Source: Eubacteriales bacterium
GTDB taxonomy: Bacteria; Bacillota; Clostridia; Oscillospirales; JAAYOS01
Length of the DNA stretch: 64,000 bases
Direction: 5' to 3'
NCBI GenBank assembly: GCA_050950785.1
Contig: JBMNIG010000024.1
Location: forward strand, 8,892-72,891
The translations under genes were made by a program, and so were the position numbers. The notes beneath the pieces were generated by a model. That model was not told the origin of the DNA. It saw only the letters and a program-made list of their open reading frames with translations, and made no database searches. Shown here one piece after another: positions 57,311 to 64,000 of the stretch. Position 1 is the first letter of the stretch. The number at the start of each line of letters is the position of its first letter.

Positions 57311-58510
57311 CTATTTTACATCGATAACAACGCCGGAACCAACTGTACGTCCGCCTTCACGAATAGCGAAACGAAGTCCCTCTTCAATAGCGATGGGTGT
57401 GATCAGCTCAACATCCATCTCGACGTTGTCGCCAGGCATGCACATTTCAACGCCTTCAGGCAGCTGAATGACGCCGGTGACGTCTGTTGTACGGAAGTAG
57501 AACTGAGGACGATAGTTAGAGAAGAATGGAGTGTGACGTCCGCCCTCTTCCTTTGTCAGAACGTAAACCTGACCGCGGAACTTGGTCATAGGTTTGATGG
57601 AGCCGGGTTTTGCAAGAACTTGACCGCGCTCGATCTCGTCTTTACCTACACCGCGAAGCAGAGTTCCGATGTTGTCGCCAGCCTCGGCATAATCAAGGAG
57701 CTTACGGAACATCTCAATACCGGTAACAACGGTTTTGCGGGGAGCTTCCATAAGACCAACGATTTCAACCTCGTCGGACATCCTAATGGTACCACGCTCA
57801 ACTCTTCCTGTTGAGACAGTTCCACGTCCGGTGATGGAGAACACGTCTTCAACCGGCATCAGGAATGGAAGGTCAGCCTTACGTTCCGGAGTAGGAATAT
57901 ATTCGTCAACAGCAGCCATGAGGTCAACGATCGGTTTGTACTCAGGAGCACTCATATCGGTAGCATTGCTCTCAAGAGCAACAAGCGCAGATCCCTTGAT
58001 TATCGGAATGTCATCGCCTGGAAAGTCATATTCGTTGAGAAGATCACGAACTTCCATCTCAACCAGCTCAAGAAGCTCTTCGTCATCCACCTGGTCTACT
58101 TTGTTCATGAATACAACTATATAAGGAACATCAACCTGACGAGCAAGCAGGATGTGCTCACGGGTCTGAGGCATTGGGCCGTCGGCTGCGGAGACGACGA
58201 GAATAGCTCCGTCCATCTGAGCTGCGCCGGTGATCATGTTTTTAACATAGTCGGCGTGGCCGGGGCAGTCAACGTGAGCATAGTGACGATTTTCGGTCTC
58301 ATACTCAACGTGTGATGTGTTGATTGTGATTCCACGTGCCTTCTCTTCCGGAGCCTTGTCGATGGCGTCATATGCCATAAACGAAGCCTGTCCACTGAAA
58401 CCAAGGACTTTGGTAATTGCCGCTGTGAGGGTAGTCTTGCCATGGTCAACGTGGCCAATGGTTCCGATATTTATGTGGGGTTTAGTTCTTTCAAACTTTT
58501 GTTTTGCCAT
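57311..58510 (-). CDS. tuf: Elongation factor Tu
   Basis: 399 aa. [27 protein letters not shown]. Canonical EF-Tu. Confidence 0.98.
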   Translation of the reverse strand: MAKQKFERTKPHINIGTIGHVDHGKTTLTAAITKVLGFSGQASFMAYDAIDKAPEEKARGITINTSHVEYETENRHYAHVDCPGHADYVKNMITGAAQMDGAILVVSAADGPMPQTREHILLARQVDVPYIVVFMNKVDQVDDEELLELVEMEVRDLLNEYDFPGDDIPIIKGSALVALESNATDMSAPEYKPIVDLMAAVDEYIPTPERKADLPFLMPVEDVFSITGRGTVSTGRVERGTIRMSDEVEIVGLMEAPRKTVVTGIEMFRKLLDYAEAGDNIGTLLRGVGKDEIERGQVLAKPGSIKPMTKFRGQVYVLTKEEGGRHTPFFSNYRPQFYFRTTDVTGVIQLPEGVEMCMPGDNVEMDVELITPIAIEEGLRFAIREGGRTVGSGVVIDVK

Positions 58511-58648
58511 GATTGGTAAACCTCCTTATACCAATTAACATTCATATCATTCGGGCATGCAAATATTGTACAGGAAACATGAGGAATTTGCAATAGGTAT
58601 TTGCTTAAAAAAGAGCCTTAATGCACGGTTTTGCCGTGTAATCAGCCA

Positions 58649-60724
58649 CTAAATTCCGCGACTTGTTACAATTTTTTCTTGAATACTTTTGGGAAGTTCC
58701 ACATAGTGACTTGGCTCCATGGAATACTGACCTCTTCCCTGAGTTCTTGAACGAAGATCCGTCGCGTACCCAAACATCTCGCTTAGGGGGACCGATGCTT
58801 CGATTTTTTGGGCTCCGGGCAGAGCAGTCATGCCGTTTATCTGTCCACGCCTTGAATTGAGATCGCCTATTACGTCACCCATGTAGGTTTCGGGTACTGT
58901 TACAACAACACGCATAATAGGTTCGAGCAAAACAGGATCGGCCTTCTTACAGGCCTCCTTAAATGCCATTGACGCAGCAATTTTAAAAGCCATTTCCGAC
59001 GAGTCCACTTCATGATACGATCCATCATACAGTGTAACCTTAACATCTACTACGTTGTAGCCTGCTAATACACCTGCTTGCATTGCACCCTGTATACCCT
59101 GATCGATTGCCGGGATATACTCCTTGGGTATAGCTCCGCCGACGATCTTGTTGATAAACTCATAGCCCTTTCCGGACTCATTTGGTTCAACAAGTATCTT
59201 AACATGTCCATACTGACCTTTACCGCCGGACTGTCTGGCATATTTGTGGTCAACATCGGCTTGCTTCCTGATCGTCTCCTTGTAAGCGACCTGCGGTCTG
59301 CCGACATTGGCCTCAACCTTAAACTCTCGAAGAAGCCTGTCAACGATTATCTCAAGATGAAGCTCTCCCATCCCTGCAATGATCGTTTGACCTGTCTCCT
59401 CGTCGGTATAGGCTCTGAAAGTGGGATCCTCCTCGGACAGTTTTGCGAGGGCTATCGACATCTTTTCTTGACCGGCTTTGGTCTTAGGCTCGATAGCGAC
59501 TCGTATAACAGGCTCCGGGAACTCCATGGACTCTAGTATGATTGGGTTCTTTTCGTCACAGAGTGTGTCACCTGTGGTGGTGTTTTTCAATCCGACAACT
59601 GCGACAATCTCACCGGCATATACTGTTTCCACATCTTCCCGGTGATTTGCATGCATCCTCAACAGACGTCCGAAACGCTCCCTATTACCCTTTGTTGAGT
59701 TATATACGCTCGATCCCGCGGATATCGATCCGGAGTAGACACGCATAAAGCAGAGTCTTCCGACAAACGGATCTGTTGCTACCTTAAAGGCCAGAGCGGA
59801 AAACGGCGCATTGTCATCCGAGGGTCGGCTGTCCTCTTCCTCGGTCTTGGGATTTACACCGCGTATATCGGGAACATCTGTCGGGGAAGGCATATAGTCT
59901 ATTATGGCATCCAAAAGGTTTTGGACACCTTTGTTGCGGTATGCTGTGCCGCAGAGGACGGCAACAAACTTGTTTTCAATGGTTGCTTTGCGTATTACCT
60001 TCTTGATCTCGGATGCTGTGATTTCTTCACCCATCAAATACTTGTCGGTAAGCTCTTCATCAAGTTCGGATACAGCTTCAACCAGCTTCTCGCGCCACTC
60101 TTCTGCCTCGGCCTTCATATCTTCAGGAATCTCTTCCTCTCGGATATCCTTGCCAAGGTTGTCGTAGGTTATATAAGCCTTGCGGCTGATCAGGTCAATA
60201 ACACCTTTAAATCCGTCCTCTTTCCCTATGGGAATCTGAACGGGAACCGCATTTGCATGAAGCCTTTCGTGCATCATGTTCACAACATTGAAAAAGTCAG
60301 CGCCCATAATGTCCATTTTATTGACAAAGGCCATCCTCGGAACACCGTAGTGATCCGCCTGTCGCCACACAGTCTCGGACTGTGGCTCTACGCCCCCTTT
60401 TGCACAAAAGACCGTTACCGCTCCGTCAAGAACACGCAGCGATCTTTCTACTTCAACAGTGAAGTCCACATGTCCGGGGGTATCGATTATATTGATTCTA
60501 TGACCATTCCAAAAACAAGTGGTGGCAGCAGAAGTGATGGTTATTCCCCGCTCCTGCTCCTGTTCCATCCAGTCCATAGTTGCGGTACCTTCATGTGTTT
60601 CCCCCAACTTATAATTCTTTCCGGTATAGAAAAGAATCCTCTCTGTGGTCGTTGTTTTTCCCGCATCTATATGGGCCATTATTCCTATGTTTCTGGTTAG
60701 ATCCAATGGGTATTCCCTGGGCAT
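58649..60724 (-). CDS. fusA: Elongation factor G
   Basis: 691 aa. [20 protein letters not shown]. Canonical EF-G. Confidence 0.98.
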   Translation of the reverse strand: MPREYPLDLTRNIGIMAHIDAGKTTTTERILFYTGKNYKLGETHEGTATMDWMEQEQERGITITSAATTCFWNGHRINIIDTPGHVDFTVEVERSLRVLDGAVTVFCAKGGVEPQSETVWRQADHYGVPRMAFVNKMDIMGADFFNVVNMMHERLHANAVPVQIPIGKEDGFKGVIDLISRKAYITYDNLGKDIREEEIPEDMKAEAEEWREKLVEAVSELDEELTDKYLMGEEITASEIKKVIRKATIENKFVAVLCGTAYRNKGVQNLLDAIIDYMPSPTDVPDIRGVNPKTEEEDSRPSDDNAPFSALAFKVATDPFVGRLCFMRVYSGSISAGSSVYNSTKGNRERFGRLLRMHANHREDVETVYAGEIVAVVGLKNTTTGDTLCDEKNPIILESMEFPEPVIRVAIEPKTKAGQEKMSIALAKLSEEDPTFRAYTDEETGQTIIAGMGELHLEIIVDRLLREFKVEANVGRPQVAYKETIRKQADVDHKYARQSGGKGQYGHVKILVEPNESGKGYEFINKIVGGAIPKEYIPAIDQGIQGAMQAGVLAGYNVVDVKVTLYDGSYHEVDSSEMAFKIAASMAFKEACKKADPVLLEPIMRVVVTVPETYMGDVIGDLNSRRGQINGMTALPGAQKIEASVPLSEMFGYATDLRSRTQGRGQYSMEPSHYVELPKSIQEKIVTSRGI

Positions 60725-61053
60725 CCGATTTCTCCTTTCAGGCGTGCCAAGCTAATAGCAACCGTCATGCTGCTACAATTCAGCAACATGGACGTTGCCG
60801 TGATACTGCATTAGCCATTAGTGTTTGATCTTATTTAACGGTTATTCAAAATTATAAACATTTGTTGCTGCGGCAATGCAGTATCTTTATCTGCCATATG
60901 TCGAGTTTATCCCGGAAAATCCGGATTTCAACATACATGGTTTAACCGCGGTTTTATGCCGCGGAAAATCCAAACACAATCGCGCAGGGCAACATTTCTA
61001 TAAATCATATTACCGCCAAAGCCTTATATGATGCCGGTAAAATGAATTTAATA

Positions 61054-61524
61054 TTACCAGCGATAGTGGGCAAAGGCTTTGTTGGCTTCGGCCATACGGT
61101 GCGTATCTTCACGCTTCTTGACGGAGTTGCCAAGGTTATTGGTTGCATCCATAATTTCGTTGGCCAATCTTTCTTTCATGGTCTTTTCACTTCTCTGACG
61201 AGCATACAGTGTCAGCCAGCGAAGACCTAAAGTCTGGCGGCGCTCAGGCCTTACCTCGATGGGTACCTGATAGGTAGAACCACCGACACGGCGTGCCTTG
61301 ACTTCCAAAACAGGCATGATGTTTTCGAGAGCCTGCTCAAAAACTTCGAGGGGATCCTTGCCTGTCTTTTCCTTTATAAGCTCAAATGCGCCGTAGACAA
61401 CCTTCTGTGCAACTCCCTTTTTGCCGTCATACATAATGCTGTTGACAAGCTTTGTTACTAGCTTGGAATTGTACAGTGGGTCAGGAAGTACATCCCTTTT
61501 TGGAACAAATCCTCTTCTGGGCAC
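61054..61524 (-). CDS. rpsG: 30S ribosomal protein S7
   Basis: 156 aa. [28 protein letters not shown]. Confidence 0.97.
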   Translation of the reverse strand: MPRRGFVPKRDVLPDPLYNSKLVTKLVNSIMYDGKKGVAQKVVYGAFELIKEKTGKDPLEVFEQALENIMPVLEVKARRVGGSTYQVPIEVRPERRQTLGLRWLTLYARQRSEKTMKERLANEIMDATNNLGNSVKKREDTHRMAEANKAFAHYRW

Positions 61525-61686
61525 TTACCTTCCCTCCTTCATTATAAAATGATTTCAACGGTACTCGAAAGTGTCATCATCTTCCGTAAAGCTTGCCCCG
61601 AGGATTATATAAAATACATTTAGATTTATATATAAACTCTCAGGGCAAAACCATAATGGTTTTGCGTCACGAGATTGCTACTACTT

Positions 61687-62100
61687 TCATGCCTTTGGAC
61701 GCTTTGCGCCATACTTGCTGCGTCCCTGCCTGCGGTTTGCAACACCCTGTGTGTCCAACGTACCGCGGACAATGTGGTAACGGGTTCCGGGCAGATCCTT
61801 GACACGTCCGCCTCTGATCATTACCACGGAGTGCTCCTGCAGGTTGTGCCCTTCGCCGGGAATGTACGCTGTGACCTCAATACCATTCGACAGTCTAACA
61901 CGGGCAACCTTTCTAAGTGCTGAGTTAGGCTTCTTTGGTGTCAGCGTTCTAACTGAAGTACAAACGCCTCGTTTTTGAGGGGAGGCAAGATCTGTCTGAC
62001 GGTTGCGAATGGTGTTAAGACCCTTTTGCAGCGCAGGTGCAGATGATTTGTAGGTCACCTTTTCCCTTCCCTTGCGTACGAGCTGGTTAAATGTTGGCAT
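61687..62100 (-). CDS. rpsL: 30S ribosomal protein S12
   Basis: 137 aa. [12 protein letters not shown]...[16 protein letters not shown]. Confidence 0.97.
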   Translation of the reverse strand: MPTFNQLVRKGREKVTYKSSAPALQKGLNTIRNRQTDLASPQKRGVCTSVRTLTPKKPNSALRKVARVRLSNGIEVTAYIPGEGHNLQEHSVVMIRGGRVKDLPGTRYHIVRGTLDTQGVANRRQGRSKYGAKRPKA

Positions 62101-62202
62101 TGTTCTCCTCCTTTCTTTTAGATTTGTAATTTATCAGCAAGCTCTGATTATAACATTCCATGTTGCTAAAGTCAACAAAGAACTTTTCAGAGGTGCTTTC
62201 AA

Positions 62203-64000
62203 TCAATTATAGATATCGGCCATAGGAAGTCCAAGCTCTACGATGCCAGAACGATCTTCACCGGGCTGCTGATCATCCAAAGCACCGTCTAAACCCTGGG
62301 TGGGATCCTGCATCGAGCTTGCATCTTCGCCGTGTTCTGATGCGGGACTCTCAACATCCATCGTAAAATCACGATACATTTCCATACCTGATCCTGCGGG
62401 GATGAGCTTGCCTATGATGACGTTTTCCTTGAGACCCACAAGATGGTCCACCTTTCCTTTTATGGCAGCTTCGGTCAGTACTCTCGTTGTCTCTTGGAAA
62501 GAGGCTGCCGACAGGAAGGAGTCGGTCGAAAGCGATGCTTTGGTTATACCCATCAATACCGGTGTTCCAACCGCAAGCTTCAGGTCGGTCTCACCTGCAT
62601 CGATGCGCTGTTGGATCTTTCTATTCTCCTCCTCAAAGTCAAGCACATCGTAAAAAGATCCTATCAGAATGTTTGTGTCACCCGGGTCATCCACTTTGAC
62701 TTTGCGCATCATCTGTCGCACGATCACCTCGATGTGTCGGTCGTTTATATCAACGCCCTGCTGACGGTATACACGCTGAACTTCGCGAATAAGATAATTT
62801 TGCACAGCGGAAGCGCCCTTTATTCGCAGAATGTCGTGAGGATTGAGTGCGCCCTCTGTGAGCTCTTCGCCTTCCTCCACATACTGCCCTTCGCGAACCT
62901 TCATTGTGGAACCAAAGGGAATTGAAATACTTACCGACTCGCCGGTATCCGGGTTGGTAATCGATAAGCTCCGATGTCCCGCACGTTTGGGCTCCTCCCT
63001 ACGAACGATTCCGCTCATCTCGGCCATGACCGCCAACTTCTTGGGCTTACGTGCCTCAAAGAGCTCCTCAACACGTGGGAGACCCTGCGTGATATCGTCT
63101 CCGGCGACACCTCCTGTATGGAAGGTACGCATTGTCAGCTGTGTTCCTGGCTCACCTATAGACTGAGCCGCAATGATTCCAACTGCCTCTCCGACGTTGA
63201 CGGGTGAGTTTGTCGCCAAGTTTGAGCCGTAGCACTTCGCACAAACTCCATGTCTTGCACGGCAGGTTAGAACCGAACGTATTCTAACTTCTGTTATTGA
63301 TGCCTCGGTTATTTTCTTGATATCCTCTTCGTCAATAAACTTGTCGGCAGGAACTATCACATTGCCATTCTTATCAACTATCGGATCTGCGGCATACCGC
63401 CCACGCAATCTGTCCTCAAATTGTTCTATGACTTGGTTCCCGTCAGAAATCTCGCGAACCCAGATGCCGTCTTCTGTTTCACAGTCGACCTCACGAATAA
63501 TAACATCCTGTGATACGTCGACCAGTCGGCGAGTAAGGTAACCGGAGTCGGCGGTACGCAGAGCAGTATCTGCAAGTCCTTTTCTGGCACCTCGGGAAGA
63601 TATAAAGTATTCCAGCACTGACAGCCCCTCACGGAAGTTGGCACGGATCGGAATCTCAATTGTCTTTCCGGAGGTGTCGGCCATAAGTCCACGCATTCCC
63701 GCAAGCTGACGGATCTGGTTCATGGAACCACGGGCTCCGGAGTTTGCCATCATATAAATGGGGTTGAAGGGGTCAAGACTGTCTTGCAGCGCCTTTGTGA
63801 CATCCTTTGTTGTTTTGTCCCATTGCTCTATGACAAGACGGCGGCGCTCCTCGTTTGTTATGAAGCCCATCTTATAGTTTTGCTCGATTTCGCCGATCCT
63901 CTTTTCTGTTTCGGATATGAGGACCCTCTTCTGTTCGGGCACAGCCATGTCCGTGATGGATACGGTTATAGCTCCGATTGTCGAATAGTGGAAACCTAAT
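62203..64000 (-). CDS. rpoC: DNA-directed RNA polymerase subunit beta' (3' portion; the gene continues beyond the right window edge)
   Basis: The frame stays open upstream of the ORF-track Met to the window edge ([24 protein letters not shown]...). Conserved C-terminal RpoC blocks are present ([38 protein letters not shown]). Confidence 0.95.
   Translation of the reverse strand, partial: LGFHYSTIGAITVSITDMAVPEQKRVLISETEKRIGEIEQNYKMGFITNEERRRLVIEQWDKTTKDVTKALQDSLDPFNPIYMMANSGARGSMNQIRQLAGMRGLMADTSGKTIEIPIRANFREGLSVLEYFISSRGARKGLADTALRTADSGYLTRRLVDVSQDVIIREVDCETEDGIWVREISDGNQVIEQFEDRLRGRYAADPIVDKNGNVIVPADKFIDEEDIKKITEASITEVRIRSVLTCRARHGVCAKCYGSNLATNSPVNVGEAVGIIAAQSIGEPGTQLTMRTFHTGGVAGDDITQGLPRVEELFEARKPKKLAVMAEMSGIVRREEPKRAGHRSLSITNPDTGESVSISIPFGSTMKVREGQYVEEGEELTEGALNPHDILRIKGASAVQNYLIREVQRVYRQQGVDINDRHIEVIVRQMMRKVKVDDPGDTNILIGSFYDVLDFEEENRKIQQRIDAGETDLKLAVGTPVLMGITKASLSTDSFLSAASFQETTRVLTEAAIKGKVDHLVGLKENVIIGKLIPAGSGMEMYRDFTMDVESPASEHGEDASSMQDPTQGLDGALDDQQPGEDRSGIVELGLPMADIYN

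Noticed and set aside
59921-60700. 259-aa plus-strand ORF
   Set aside because: It is antisense to fusA and has no recognisable domain or RBS. It is a shadow ORF.

Overview
This 64-kb chromosomal segment comes from a low/medium-GC Firmicute. Gene content and Bacillus/Clostridium-type synteny suggest a Clostridia (Oscillospiraceae/Ruminococcaceae-like) genome, but this is inference only. No database search was possible, so all functional calls rest on motifs, lengths, RBS positions and gene order read by eye. From about 4.6 kb onward almost every gene is on the minus strand.

Content from left to right:
- 3' end of a topoisomerase subunit A gene, a YitT-family membrane protein, a transglutaminase-like lipoprotein, an orphan solute-binding lipoprotein, an esterase and nagA
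- arginine operon argC-J-B-D-F
- GntR regulator plus a membrane protein; GNAT-guaA; rplM-rpsI
- a decayed ttcA-like gene, an alpha/beta hydrolase and hpf
- ftsH, an MMPL transporter and a heptad-repeat protein; an amidohydrolase
- the conserved yabM-like/mazG/hup/rqcP(yabO)/yabP/yabQ/divIC/yabR block, in which the yabM-like flippase gene is decayed
- a decayed mtaD, then a zinc-ribbon protein, a uridine-kinase-family protein, hemZ, an MBL hydrolase, dtd and rlmH
- walR-walK-yycH-yycI-murA-yycJ; an ECF S component
- an agr-type peptide quorum-sensing locus; degV
- a tRNA-Trp/Asp/Thr operon
- a small accessory island with two decayed IS elements bracketed by three copies of an 18-bp direct repeat, plus an ANT(6)-like nucleotidyltransferase
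- the str-operon end rpoC(3')-rpsL-rpsG-fusA-tuf

Most noteworthy observations:
1. The agr locus contains an unlisted 46-aa AgrD-like precursor. It has a non-canonical gene order, one frameshifted LytTR regulator and one atypical LytTR regulator.
2. The island has a DR-IS-DR-IS-DR architecture next to the tRNA genes.
3. Frameshifts are strongly clustered in four genes while about 55 other genes are intact. This means either real gene decay or local sequence-quality problems.
4. There is a promoter-plus-terminator unit with no ORF (candidate sRNA), and a dispersed palindromic repeat family.

I saw no CRISPR array, no rRNA gene and no obvious defence or toxin system.
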